From assembly GCA_951406725.2 (NCBI GenBank), contig OX597827.1:20956001-21020000 (forward strand): DNA of 64,000 nucleotides. Direction: 5' to 3'. This document shows, piece after piece, positions 40,534 through 54,884 of this stretch. How positions within the stretch are numbered: the first letter of the stretch is position 1; every line of letters begins with the position of its first letter. The notes under the pieces were generated by a model that saw nothing but the letters and a program-made list of their open reading frames with translations, was not told the DNA's origin and did not search any database. This stretch comes from Octopus vulgaris. Its lineage: Eukaryota. The translations under genes and the position numbers were made by a program.

Positions 40534-41870
40534 CATTCGTAATTTGGACGTCAAGAGTTGTTGTACGGTTGTTGAATTGTTGAATATTGTTATTGTGTGC
40601 TTTGCGGCGGTCCTGTTTTCGTTTCCCCCTTGTTTGGGGGGTGGGGTGGGGGTAAACGCTTGTTGGTGAAAATGGATTTCAGTTATGAAAGGTTGAGTGT
40701 TTCTGATTCGCCAGAAAGAGAAATGGTGGAGTCTATGATTAATATGGAGAAGGAGATGGAAATGGAGAGAAAAACGAAAAAAGTGTAAAAAGTTTTGCGG
40801 CTGCGACAGGCGATGTGAAGGAGAATATAACGTCGAAGGTGCAGGACATGAAAAGGTATAAAAACATGATGAAAGAGGGGTATGTAGTTGAATTGACCCC
40901 CCCTCCTAGTGGAGTGTCACAAGATATGCTGGCAAAAATGGTGACGTACAAGTGATATTTGATAAAGGAGAAAAAATCGACTTGGCAAAGAGGGATCAAA
41001 TTGAAAAGTGCTTCGGATCCATCTGGCCGGAAATCAAGTACTTGGCCAGGGACAACAAGTATACGACAGTTGAGGTACGTTTTCACACAGAGGAAAGGGC
41101 CAGGTAGCACTCCGTGGCCACCCTGAAGACAGACGAGATAATATTACTACCAGATTACCTTGGAAGACGTACTTCCACGGTAAAGGTGGAGGAAATACCA
41201 CCGGAGGTGGACGTACCCTGGCAGGTGGCAGCCATAGCCACTCTGCTCCAACATACCTCCGCAGATACCAGCTCTCGTCCTGCCCCACCAGTCACTGATC
41301 CCAACCCTGCCCCTACAAGTATACAAACATACATACAGAAGCATCAGACTTCCACGCCCCCAAAAACGGCGTTCATATTTATATGCGATATAAAGACAAA
41401 CGAGATAGAAAAAATATGAAGACTGTAATAAGGATGAACACGCCTGTCGGGGATTTCCCCCCACTCATCGATGGGGAAAGCCACCATGTGTTGAGAGAGA
41501 CGTGTGTCGGACGTTGGACCTTGGGGTGTGGAAGTAGTGATTGGCTCGCTGCCTCCAGTCATTGATTACACTGTGTTGAACAAACTTGAGGTCGTGCGTT
41601 GACTATTTATTTTTCTTTCTAAAGTGTTTTAAAAAACGAGGAAAAGAGACGCAAACCATAAACGTTTTAAAAAAAAGAATTCAAGGAGGCCACTTGGGAT
41701 GTGGGGGTCGAGTAGCTGTTATTCCACCTTTCATTTTTTTTCTACATTTCATCGTTTTTCATTCGTCCTCCCCACCACACACACACTTTGTGTTTCTGTT
41801 TGTCCTTGTATTGTCCCCTCTGTATTTCGACCCTGTGGGGTTAGTTAAGAATAAATTCGTAATGTGGACG
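40534..41870 (+). mobile_element. Internally deleted Tx1/L1-like element
   Basis: Decayed ORF1-like region (LPDYLGRRTSTVKVEEIPPEV); bounded by a 40 bp direct duplication. Confidence 0.6.
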
Positions 41871-41878
41871 CATTAGGT

Positions 41879-42287
41879 ATGACTCGATTGTCAGCAGCGC
41901 AGAGAGAACAAGATATCGGCTGAATGCAAGCAGTGAAGGGTACCCGGGTTGATGCGAAAGCTTACAATGTCCACATCAGCACCATCTATCGCCTGCAACA
42001 GTGATACAACAACACCAACAGCATTGCAGACCGTGCCTGCAGAGGTCCCCCCCACCCACCGGGTGACCACACCCAGACAGGACCTTTTCAGCCACATGCA
42101 ACACTTCCGTGATCGCTTCAGACCGGCCAGCGTGACAGCCCGCGAGACCATTAGCATTGGAAAGTGACCTATCAACGGCGACACGTTACGACGTCGTCTG
42201 GCCGCCAACAACCTGCGTTGCCGTCGTCCTGCTCGAGGGCCTCTCCTCACCGCCCGCCACCGTCAGACACGATTACAGTGGGCTACA
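41879..42287 (+). pseudogene. Tc1 transposase N-terminal remnant
   Basis: MTRLSAAQREQ start; RVTTPRQD...HFRDRFRPASVTA; RHRQTRLQWA. Confidence 0.75.
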
Positions 42288-43653
42288 CACACACACACAC
42301 ACACACGCATATATATATATATATATGCGTGTGTGGGTGTGTGTTGGTTCGATATTCTGCCCTGCCAGGGGACTCGAGGTATCATCCCTCCCCCAAATAG
42401 GATCCTATACACACATAAAGAAGGACGCTTGTCCCATAAAGAAAATCTTTGGTGATCGACGCGTGGTTGTAAGATCAGCATTAACCAGTAGACTTATGAT
42501 GGAAGTGTTACAACCGAGACCATTCCACGTACACCTAGGACTACATTATCTAATGTGCTTATCCTTGGATATCTGTGCTATGAGGGAGATTTTGACTGAT
42601 ACTTCTAGCAGGTTGAGCGGCCCTGTAAAGATTCCATCGTTGTCTAATTAAGGTAATTAATGTATTTTTTTTGTTTATCCATAGGTCCACCTGATCGAGC
42701 AGAGCTATGATTAGAGGCTTTCCATTTGTGACCAAATACTTAAATATCATGAATTATATATCAAACATGGTGTTGTAGCATGGCCGCAAATCATTTTGAC
42801 TACAACAAACAAAAGATCTAATGGACATTGTCCAATAAGATGGCAAGGAATTATCTGAGTGAGAACACAATGCTATTTCTAGCTGTTCGACCAGGTGCAG
42901 CGTAGGGGCTTCTCATGAGTTCCTTATTATTTTTATTAATGTTTAGAAAGGGTAAACAGCCCGTTTGGCTATGAATGGCCATGGGATTTGCACCTAGAAA
43001 GTTACCCTCCTGGTCTTAAATCCGGGCAAGATTATTATTATTTTTTTTTATGGAAGACCGGCAATTGGCCATGCATACAAGCCTCCGCTCACTCTTTTTA
43101 ATGTTACACAGAAATCGTAGCCAATGAATGACACTTGATAAGGCTAATCTGCCCCGCAGTATATCACAATATTCCGTGAGGTCACCTTTATTTTCTGCAA
43201 GACATTATTAACCCAAATATCCCTCATTATTCATATTCACACATTTGATCTTCAAGAAGAAACCCAATCCGCCATTATCATATCGCCATATCTTTTTCTC
43301 CCCGTCTTGGTAGATTCAATGAAAAGCAACTCGCGACCATCAAATATTTGATAGACACCACCGAAATTTAATCACGCATGCCTGCATGTTGTGTGTATCG
43401 TCAATGGGAAAAGTTCGCAAACGTTTTTGCCACGGCAATAAGTTTACAAACAAAGGAGTCTGTACCTGGATGCGAACGTTTGTTCTACTGACTGAATTAA
43501 TTCAGTTTCACGCTCGAAAGATTGTTAATGAGCATGGAACTCTAATGTAACAGTTTCAATGTCTACACACACACACACACGACCACAAACACACATACAC
43601 ACACACACACACGACCACAAACACACATACACACACACACACACGACCACAAA

Positions 43654-43694
<41 letters not shown>

Positions 43695-44048
43695 AAACAC
43701 ACATACACACACGCACTTATGGATAGAGAGAGAAGGGGACAGTGAGAGGAGAGGGGTGAGAGAGAGGAGAGGGGTGAGAGAGAGGAGAGAGGAGGAAGGG
43801 AAGGAAATAGAGAGAAAGAGAAGAGAGAGAGGGGAGAGAGAGGAGAGTGGGAAGAGAGAGGAAAGTGGGAGGAGAGAGGAGAGTGGGGAGAGAGGAGAGT
43901 GGGGGAGAGAGGAAGAGCAAACCAAATCAGGAGAGATTTTATTTTTAAATTTCGTTACTTCGCCTGAAGCATGTTTCATTAACAAAAAATTATTTGTGAA
44001 TATTCATGGAGTTCTAAAAACTGGTGATTTGTTGCAGTACAAATTAAG

Positions 44049-44089
<41 letters not shown>

Positions 44090-44173
44090 AGTGTTAGTGC
44101 TGAATCCCCGTCGTCCAATCAACTGAATTACCTAAATCTTAACAAGTAATTCGGGACCAGGTAATACTGATAT

Positions 44174-44481
44174 CACGTGATCACGTGACCGACCAGACCA
44201 TCAGATGTTGTTACACATCGCTGGTCACAATGCATTCGCATTGTTTTAGCCTTTGAATGACGCCACCCCGCTGGCTAAGCGAGCAGGCCAACAGAAGAAA
44301 GAGTGGGAGAAAGAGTGGTGAAAGAGTACAGCAGGGATCACCACCCCCTGCCGGAGCGTCGTGAAGCTTTTTTTAGGTGTTTTCGCTCAATAAACACTCA
44401 CAACGCCCGGTCTGGGAATCGAAACCGCGATCCTACGACCACGAGTCCGCTGCCCTAACCACTAGGCCATTGCGCCTCCAC
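44174..44481 (-). mobile_element. tRNA-SINE with TSD
   Basis: Head GTGGAGGCGCAATGGCCTAGTGG on minus strand; TSD AATACTGATAT. Confidence 0.85.
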
Positions 44482-44689
44482 AATACTGATATATAAGGGT
44501 GTTATTATTCAGTTTTCTTTCAAGATTTCTTGCCAATAGAGAAGGAGCTGTTTTCTAACGTAGATCCAAAGTTCCGTCATTGGAATTTCAACAATATCAA
44601 AAGGCTATTTTTGCATGTATCGGTGTATACGTGCAGTATTTGGAGTGAATGCATGTGCAGATTTGTATGTTTCGTTTTACGTATGTATA

Positions 44690-45603
44690 GCTATGCATAT
44701 AGTTGCATGTCTAGACATGTATCTATCGATATAGTTAAATGCTAAACTTCTCGAAAGTTTTACACATTTTTACAGTTCCGGTGTACTCTTCCAATCAGCT
44801 TTCCCCTTTCTGATTTCGAAGAGCCTAATTTCTTAAGACTGGTATGTATGTATGTATGTATGTATGTATGTATGTATGTATGTATGTATGTATGTATGTA
44901 TGTATGTATGTATGTATGTATGTATTCGATAACGAGGGGCAGCCATAATATTTATGTATGTATGTATGTATGTATGTATGTATGTATGTATGTATGTATG
45001 TATGTATGTATGCATGTATATGAGCAGATTTGTATGCTTTATGTATGTATCCTCATGCATATAGTTACTAAATCTAGACATGCTCATATATACTTAAATG
45101 ATAAACTTTTGAAAAGTTTTACAAATTTTTACAATTCCAGTTATGGACTGGATCTGTAGTCTTCGAATCAGCTTTCTCCTTTCTGGTTTTGAGAAGCTTA
45201 ATTTATCAATATTGGTATTTAGGCAGAGCCCCAATAATTACAGGTATAAACCTGAACTTGTAATCTGGATAGAGTAACTGCAGATTTCTCAATAGTTCAG
45301 CATAGGTGTTCTCTTTTTCACTGATCATCAGTTTTATGTTAACATCCGCTGGGCAGCTAATTTCCACAACTCTACACAGTTTCTCTTCTCTATCCCAAAT
45401 CATTACATCAGGTCTGTTGTACTTACATTTTATTGAGGTCTTCACTGGTACATTCCACCAATATTCCTTTTTATTATGAGTAGCTGTGGGTTCTTATTTC
45501 TTTGTCCCCGGGATTATCCTTCCGACGGATTTCATTATAGAGTGTCCTAGCTACAACGTCATGTCTCATCGGTACATAATACGATGATGACATTTTTGGA
45601 CAA
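44690..45603 (-). mobile_element. Two tandem R4/Dong-like RLE retrotransposon 3' fragments
   Basis: MRHDVVAR and NRPDVMIWD...VVEISCPAD...EK PD-(D/E)xK motif; separated and flanked by (TATG)n. Confidence 0.8.
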
Positions 45604-47313
45604 TGTATGTATGTATGTATGTATGTATGTATGAACCGGGTGTTGTGTTATGTTCTTGAACAAAACACTTCATCTCACGTTACTCAGCAACAACTTGGAC
45701 ACGTGACGTATGGTGATAGGCCGGGAACCTATTCGGGCAGCGTCAATGTGATGCGGCGAGTGAGCTATTCTACAGCACACACACATTTGCTCACCAGAAA
45801 CAAATCATTTGTGCAGGTTGTTCAAATAATTCTAGAACCGTCTCTTTCTGACTACCAGACACTACTGTCATGTGTGTATGCGTGTGTATTTATGTAGGAT
45901 AAAAGATTACGCTCCTTTCCGAGCCATATTGACTCATTAGACTGGTTTCCCGGTTTCTGTGGAACATACATGCCCAACCCACTGGATGGGACGCCAGTCC
46001 GTCGCAAGATTACTCACTTTTGCCGGCTGAGTGAGCTTTAGCAACATAAAGTGAAGTATTTCGCTCAAGAGCACAACGCATCACCCGATCCAGGAATCGA
46101 AACCACACTCTTACGATCATGAGTCCAACACCGTTAAGGCACGCACCTCCACACACATACATATAGATACACACTCACATGTATATATGCCTATATACAA
46201 ACATATATGTGTGCATGTACGTGTGTACGTATGTGTGTGTATGTACATATATGTATTAATTAAAGATAGGTTAAGCTGCGAGGATTGAAATATAGGTATT
46301 TACAATCATATTTAACACGTTCGTACGCACTCAAGCATGGAAAGACCTCTGCTGCATAAACTGTCTCTGGAATGAAATTCTCCTTATAGAATATGTGTGT
46401 GAAAAACATACATTCTGAACTATGAATGGGTTCATCGGAACGTAGGATACATGTTTCTGTATAGTTACGCTTCATCAGCAACGGACATCGAATCCGACGT
46501 TCACATCAACAGCTGCTGTATTTATATCGAAACAATAAATAAATGTTTTTGACTGATGTGTGCAAAGCTTTGTCAAGTTGGAATTTATTATTTAGAAACA
46601 GACAAAGCAGTAATGATTGAGGTACAGGTGTGTGCGATTATATTCGTGGCCCATAGGTGTGCTGTTCATTGCTCACCACAGAGAGCTTTCGCATGGAAGG
46701 TCTTTTGGTGACTTCTTTTATTCACCTGTAAAATACGTTCATAACATCACAGTTACATCAACGTCTCACCATGGATGTTCTGGTGATCTGACGAGCGATC
46801 CCTCTTTATTTCCATTGATTAATGAATATACAATTATAATGTACAATGCCAAGCATACACATTAATCCAAACATAAGTTATGCAAACTTAATTTATTCCA
46901 CAATGAAATTATTACTATAGGAAGAAGGCTGCGAAACGGCCGTAATCTTAAGGATTTCACATGGCTAAATAAATATATTCACCTCTCATTCATCTTCACT
47001 TTTTATGTTTTACACACATCCATTTGTATACATACATCAAAAATATATTTGCCTAAAAATTTATTCACAGCTAAAATTTTCTTTTTGCTGTCATTTTGGA
47101 ACAAATAGCGCCATTATTCACAGCTCATTGACAGAACTACAAGAAAAATGTCCGAACAAGGCGCGGGCATGGCTTTGGGATTATGAAGGTTGCTTTGCAA
47201 CCATGTGCTTTCGGGTGGCATTATGGGTAAATGATTCCTACAATAACCTTGGAATAAACAATGCTGTCTGACTGAAATCGGCAAATAAAATCTGCACGAA
47301 ATCTTTTCATATT

Positions 47314-47440
<127 letters not shown>

Positions 47441-47449
47441 TTTGACTGT

Positions 47450-48480
47450 GCGTTCTTTCCTCGTTTGCTGTATTTAGAAGAAAGGACAGAGAGCATGGTC
47501 TTCAAAGGTGCCTCCCGTCCACCCGATAACAGTGAGGTTGATGTCATTAATGTTCCTCGTAAACGATTGTAAAGGAACATATTCGGAAATGACACGAGTC
47601 GAGATGAAGGGGGAGGGAGGACCGGAGATCCAACGGTCTGGAACGAGACACTGGCCTCTTTCATTGACATTGTTCATTTTGCTGTGACTAGTGAAACCTC
47701 CTCCACTGTGACAACAGTAGATTATGTGTAGTTCGAACTCGTCCACAGTAGATTCACAACGATACTTATGTGGTTCACGCATGCAAGGATAAGGTGTCGA
47801 ATAACTTTGATACGTGTGCACATATCGACGAGAAAAGTGCCGCTTGACGAAGGGCCGGGTTGGAATAACTGTGTTGAACTAAGAGACATTGTTTGATTGC
47901 ACGGCATTTCGGGAGGAGGCAAGGCGGTGCTGGTGGTATTCGGAGAAGGATGAAGCCTTCATGGAACATGACACCTCATGTCGTCTCCGACACACGATTG
48001 GTTACAGAGAACCACGTGATAAGCGCACGGCTGAAGTCGATGGAGGAAAGACAACGTCACGTTGGACATTGAACAGAAACAGGTTACAGAGCCTCACAAG
48101 AGTTTTCACTTGCAGCCAATCGGTCGCGTTGGAAACGACATGGCTGATGAATTCTATGCTACAAGTTCGAAAAGAAATTCTGATTAGAAATAGCATGGTT
48201 AGCTGTGCAGCGGAGAGGGGGGAATTTTGGAAGAGCGAAGAAGTTCTTCAATAGTCAGAGGGTTCTGTTGTTCATGTTTAACAATTTCTCTCGCTTCAAG
48301 ATACTCCTGGACGGGTTTTCAAGTGATCATAGGCTGAACCGACGATATAGACATCATATTTCGAAATTATTCGCACAGTGGTCAGCAATGACCGAAAACC
48401 TCCTACGATACCATCAAATTGACCTTACTCGTATTTCACATTTAATATACCTGGGTTTCGTTTGTTGTCTCATGATATAC
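47450..48480 (-). pseudogene. Possible decayed Gypsy gag-protease remnant
   Basis: EYHQ...KC followed by SGTFLVDMCTRIKVI (FLVDTGA-like). Confidence 0.4.
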
Positions 48481-48610
48481 ACTATAGCATACAATTATGG
48501 ATTCGATATAATTCTCAATAACAGACAAACACACACAGAGTTATAGAGGAAAAGAGAGAGATAAAGAAAGAGAGGAAGGGAGAGAAGCTGAAAATATGAG
48601 GTAGACATAC

Positions 48611-48717
48611 GATTTTGTTGTAGGTTGCAACGGCTTTGGGATTTTTCATATTTTTTATCGGAGGATCATGTCCAACGTCAGGAAAGGTCAAGTTGCCCAA
48701 ATCATACACTTCCTCAA
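48611..48717 (-). CDS. ARG: Arginase exon
   Basis: VEEVYDLGNLTFPDVGHDPPIKNMKNPKAVATYNKI; 107 nt; CAG/GTATGT splice sites. Confidence 0.93.
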
Positions 48718-49219
48718 CTGCAATTGACAAAAATTAATAAAATAAAAATAAAAACATCAATAAATATTCACAAAAGTTAAATTCGATCTCTAAAGTTTTC
48801 TTGACAGTATTATAATCATATGGGGCATTATAATCATATGGGGCATTTCAGCCTTTGACGAATTAATCCTTGACTGTCTTTCCCTGCTTCATAATTGACG
48901 AGATGGTGGTTAGTTGTAGGTGATCAAATCTCCAGTGAACACTATAACATATATACGCAATATAAACACTCGGCCTTATACAATGCAAAAGATGGATACT
49001 TAATGACAGTATATTATTGTTATATATATTTTATTTATTTCAATCATTGGAGTGCATTTAGGTTGGGGACAGCGCCTTCTTCTCTATTTGTCGAAAGGCT
49101 AAGCTGGCTCTTGATGAAAAGGTACGCTGTTCAATATATTACCGTTATACCAGGGTACACAAGCATCGATAAGCAGACACCTACACACGTGTGTGTAGGT
49201 GTATATATATATATGAGCT

Positions 49220-49553
49220 GAGACCCCTTCGGTCATGACTGACCATGGGATTGCACCTAGAAAGTTACCTTCCCAAGCACAAGTCCGGGCAAGGTTGTTT
49301 ATAGAAGACCATCAGTCGCCCATGCATACCAGCCTCCCCTCTCCACGCCACCAGTGTTATTCAAGAGAACGGCAAGGGCCGATACAGCTTGGCACCTGTG
49401 ACGTCGCAACTCATTTCTACAGCTGAATGAACTGGAGCAATGTGAAATTAAGTGTCTTGCTCAAGAACACAACACACAGCCCGGTCTGGGATTCGAACTC
49501 ACAACCTCACGATCGTAAACTCGACGCTGTAACCACTGACCCATGCGCCTTCA
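49220..49553 (-). mobile_element. tRNA-SINE
   Basis: Same family as 5424-5764. Confidence 0.8.
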
Positions 49554-49596
49554 CACACACACACACACACACACACATACATACATACATATATAC

Positions 49597-49657
<61 letters not shown>

Positions 49658-49683
49658 AGGTTTGGAGATGATGTACAGGTATT

Positions 49684-49838
49684 ATATATTAGAAGAAATG
49701 AGGTACTCAGAAAATCGGATGGTTTATATTTACAGATATTTATTTGTATATGATATATATAAAAAATGTAATATACAAGTAAATATCTGTAAATATAAAC
49801 CATCCGATTTTCTGAGTACCTCATTTCTTCTAATATAT
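49684..49838. repeat. Hairpin, ~68 bp arms, between (TA)n tracts
   Basis: TTAGAAGAAATGAGGTACTCAGAAAATCGGATGG is mirrored. Confidence 0.85.
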
Positions 49839-50538
49839 ATATATATAAATTTCTATCAATCCATCTATCTGCACACCTCACTGCACACATATACATGTCT
49901 GTATCATCGTGAAGAATCAAGCAGATCTTACATCAAGCTCTCCACCAAGTGCGTGGCTAACATGAATGGCCGTGGTTGAGGTTATTATGAACCTTCGCGT
50001 CGTTCTGAAAATCCAACAGACACACTGATGGGGAGAATCAATATAAATAGAAGCGAGGTGAGAGAGGGGATGTATATTACATTCGTTTAAACCATTCGAT
50101 GATAATATTAGAAGTATTGGATCATAAGCAGAGTGGAAATTTGCTAACTAGGACAGGACAGTATTAATTCTATCCATAATGTTTTTGCTTATTCGACTTA
50201 CGCCTCTGAATCCCGATGATAGGACTGATGCTCTTACATTTAAATCCCTTAGAATTTACCTCATGCACCATAAGCCCAACTTCTCCTCTAATCCCTCTTT
50301 ATGTTTGATATGCCCAACAAAATCTGACATAGGTCGAATAAGCAAAAAAAAAAAAAAGAAGATTTTGGAGAGACTAAATCGTGCCTGAGTTAGCAAACCT
50401 CCATTTTATTTAGGGCGCAATACTTTTAGCATTATCGGATGATTTATTGATCTTTGTGATGAAACAGCTGTAAACGAATGCAATAGCACATCTTCCTCAC
50501 CTCACTTCTCTTGTCTGTTCTCTCTCCCTCTCCCTCCC

Positions 50539-50618
<80 letters not shown>

Positions 50619-50706
50619 TACAAAATACAAAGTTACATCTTGAGATCGCTAGTGACAACAACACTCAAAATATAACAGACTGGAATTGTAGTGCTCCAAA
50701 TGAGCT

Positions 50707-51235
50707 ATATACCACTTATTAATCCGAGGGGGGAGGCAATGTGAGCAGCAACTAAAGGAACATTACAAAATCCACAGAAAGATCAAACACACACATATAT
50801 TCATATAAATACTTAATGCTCCATCAGACACATACATAAAATTCACATAAATACTTAATGCTCCATTAAGTATCTATGGAAATTTTGGGTGTATGTAATG
50901 TCTGTTCTCTCGCATATAGCTGGTATGTAATTGTACATTTGTCTTATGTGTTGTGTGTAAAAAACATCCTGATGAGGGAAGTGTCAATTTCAAATATATG
51001 TTTCATATTAATTGGCGCATCTCCGAAACGGCCTGTAGATGATTCTTATATATTTATATATTTCATATGATGTTTATTTATTTATATGTTATTATATTTT
51101 TAAACGTCGGACTTTATATCTGTTCTGTAGATATAAATGAATATATGAATATATGTAGGTGTTTGATCTTTCTGTGGATTTTGTAATGTTCCTTTAGTTG
51201 CTGCTCACATTGCCTCCCCTCGGATTAATAAGTGG

Positions 51236-51240
<5 letters not shown>
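50707..51240. mobile_element. Element with ~100 bp inverted arms enclosing a hammerhead
   Basis: Arms 50707-50806 and 51141-51240; (TA)n nearby on both sides. Confidence 0.75.
50965..51041 (+). ncRNA. Type I hammerhead ribozyme, intact core
   Basis: CAUC-CUGAUGA-long stem II (GUGUCAAUU/AAUUGGCGC)-GAAAC-GGCCU-GUA-GAUG. Confidence 0.75.
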
Positions 51241-51266
<26 letters not shown>

Positions 51267-51508
51267 CCCATCACTTACCAGTTCGGCAAAAAGAGACCGA
51301 TAGAATAAGTACTGGGCTTACAAAGAATAAGTCCTGGGGTCGATTTGCTCGACTAAAGGCGGTGCTCCAGCATGGCCGCAGTCAAATGACTGAAACAAGT
51401 AAAAGAGTAAAAGAGAGTATATATATATATATATACATACATACATACATACATACACACACACACATACATACATACATACATACATACATACATACAT
51501 ACATACAT

Positions 51509-51545
<37 letters not shown>

Positions 51546-51848
51546 TACATACATACATACATACATACATACATAAATACATACATACATACATACATAC
51601 ATACTCCTCTTTGTTTTCGTTAGTTTTGCTTCTCGTGGGTCTTCATTTAATGACCGTTCTTATACGGGTAGGGGTTATAGTTGATTATATCGATATAATA
51701 GTTCAAGTGGTATTGATTCTGTCGAGAGATCAATGCTGATCCAAGTGGAATTAAACTAACCATCGCAATAATCTGTCCGTCGTCTTGTCGAGTCGTCGTC
51801 TTTCAACATCAACAAATGAAACAAACAACGATACGAATAATGGCGTAC

Positions 51849-51921
51849 CTCGTTCCTTCAGCTTCTCGATCAAACCATGTTTTCTCATAGCATCTGGTCC
51901 TTTGATCACGCCAGGTTTGGG
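51849..51921 (-). CDS. ARG: Arginase exon (most 5' exon identified)
   Basis: PKPGVIKGPDAMRKHGLIEKLKER; 73 nt; TTTCAG/GTACGC splice sites. Confidence 0.92.
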
Positions 51922-54884
51922 CTGAAAGATAAATAATCATTATCGTCATAAATTCAACACCACCGCCGCCGCCGCCACCACCACCACCACCACCATCATA
52001 ATCATTAATGATAATTACTGCGACAAACACTAGCACTACCAACAATTTTACCGTTTTTCTTTTTCTTCATTTTTGAAGACGGTTTAATGGGGATAAATAG
52101 AAGAGTTTCTGATTCCAAATATGGCAACACAGAAGAATTGCGAAATACTCTATCTTTGACATATCAAGAAAAAATGGCAGAAATTCTTCGTTTCAAACGC
52201 CTCCATTCAGTTAAACTTGAAATGTTTTCAAGACTATTTAAAGACGTCAGCCAAATGAACTTCTTGGAAAGGCTATTCTCCGCAACCAGCCAGATCTCTA
52301 CTAGAGCTAATCATAGAGTTTTCAGTCAGGTGGTAAAATAAATTTAGTTGACCACAGTCCTTGGTTTATCGATCTCCGCCATTAGACAAAATGTAAAAAT
52401 CAACAGTGACAGTTTTCCAACTCAAAATGTAAATTTTTAATTAGTTGGAGTTTTAATTAGTGCTCCACCAATTCTACCACCCACCTGCCCCTCATGATCT
52501 TTTTTTTCTTGTGTCTGATAAAGAAATCATTTATTTTCCTTCACGTACACCTGTGATAACTGGGGCGAACATATCAATCTTACCAGTCAACAACGTCATC
52601 GTCTTTCGTGACCAGAAAATTTATGTTATTAACGTGATATCAACCCTTCTGGTATAAATGATGCAGTTCTGAGATGTTCATGCATTTCTAAATGGCATTA
52701 TCTCGGGGTTTCTCATATTGTGAACCAGCCTTCTTGACGGGGTCCGTGATGATTGAAAAGGGTGAGCTTATAAGCGAAACACATTAAGCTCCACGCGGCG
52801 CCAGCAGAAGGTAATGGCGAACTTCACGCTGACTCTTTCACCACAACTTTCTCTCACTCTTTCCTCTTGCATCTAGCAGCTCACCTGAGACGGACTGGCG
52901 TCCCGTCCAGGTGGGGAACCTATACGCCAATAAAACCGGGAAACCGGCCCTTACGAACCAGGGAACCTATACACCAATGAAACCAGGAAACCGGCCCTTA
53001 TGAGCTAGGCATGGCTCGAGGAGGAACAAACACATAGTTATCAAGGTGGTGTGATGGCAGAGTCATTACCGCGCCGGACGAAATGCTTAACAGCATTTTA
53101 TCTGTCTTTACGTTCTGAGTTCAAATTCCGACTTTGCCTTTCATTCTTTCGAGATCGATAAAGTAAGTTGAGCAGTGGAGGTCGATGTAATCGACTTGGT
53201 CCTAACTCCAAAATTGCAGGCTTTGTGCCAGGATTTGAAACGAATAATTATATTTAATTTTGGCCTAAATTTGCACAAGTATTCAACGCATCACACTTAC
53301 AGGAAAAAGAATGGAAAGCCAGAAGATCTTTACGTCAACTGAACGTTTCAATAAAAAGTTCAATGGAGAATTATATAAGGTTGATGTGTTAGAAAGTAAC
53401 ATATCAAGACATCTCTGTTCAATTGTCGGAAATGAGAGAAAATAAAAGAACAAGGCAGAGTAAGAGGGAGAGGAAAGAGACGGTGTCTTAAGACTTGGCT
53501 TTTAGTGAAACGTAGAGTGGAAATTCTAGAATTAACAAATATGTGAGAATAAGGATTATAATTGCGAGGGTTTGGGATAGGGTTAAGATTAGTGTTGGGG
53601 TGGAGGGGTTCAAGGTTACAGTTATTGTTCAAACATAAGTGAAAATCCAAAATTTTCCACTCCACATTTTATTTTACCTCCTCAAAATAGGTCAAGAATT
53701 AGACCTCCCCCCACTCCTCCTTGTTTTACGTAACAATTTCCTTTTGTTTTGTTCCCTATAAAATGATGGCGACTTGAAAGACATTCGGGGTGCTGATTCT
53801 AAATAAGCCATCAGTTTTTGTCTAACACGCTGTCTTCTGTATCTTTGCACCATACATAGACCGGAAATGAGAAATGAATCACTTTTGGCATTTGCAACGT
53901 TTAGGCTGATATAACCTCCAGCCTTCGTCAGACACTTTTCGCATGTTAGGAAAATTTACCTCTTTTCAAACCATTCTGTTATAAAACCTTAAGATGGCGG
54001 CAAGTTAATTTCTTGTAAAGTCTTTACGCCACAGTCACCAAGGCACTATAGTTTAGTGAAAGAATCGAAGAACAAAATTGTATGAAATTACATTAATGAA
54101 AAACGCAAATACTTAAACCAACATATACAGAGTAATAAGAAAATGGTTTCTCGATTAACTTCCTGAAACTGATAAAGGGTCTTGCAAGGATTAACCCCTA
54201 AATCGAAGGAGGTGTCTCCCATAAAGAATCAACTGGAAATTGTTATTATCTGAGAATAGATGTAAAACTATTTCGTTGAGAGAAAGAGTTTTACTTGTTA
54301 TAAAGAAAGCAGAAGACAAAGCGAAAATTTGGTAAATTTCTGTCAAATTCTTTTCCTTATTTCTAACCGTTGACTCTCTTCACAGACTTCCAAAATAGCA
54401 GCCAAATTTAAGTCTCTTCATGGAATTTCTTGTTTCTTATTAAACGGTTGAGACCTCTCACTTGCAACGTCTTTTGTCTTCTACAAACAATAAATCTTGT
54501 TAGATTTAGATGAAGAAAATATGACAACATAATACGAGCAGATGAATGGGACTATATTCCCAGAAGGAGTTTCTCATTCTTTTGCGATCTCCCCTTTAAT
54601 GTAGAGAGAAACAGAGAAAGAGAGAGAAAGAGTATGTGTGTGTGTGTGTGCGCGCGCGTAAGTGAACGATACGATGCGTGCGTTTATTTGGTAATGAAAT
54701 AGAATGTTAGATAGAAATAATATGGAGACAAGGCCAGTTATCGTCCGCCTGGCCTCGTCTGCTGTCGTGGCCCAATGGCAAGGTAAGCAACTACACCAGA
54801 CTGACACCGTAATCCAATGCTGCACCCGACTGTCACACCGTAATCCAATGTTGGAAGAAATAGCCATTTAAAACGACCTCTGAT

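Noticed and set aside
52485-52514. Candidate arginase first exon ending ...HEGQ|GTGGGT
   Set aside because: No in-frame ATG before a stop and no resemblance to the usual GxPFxxGQ motif.
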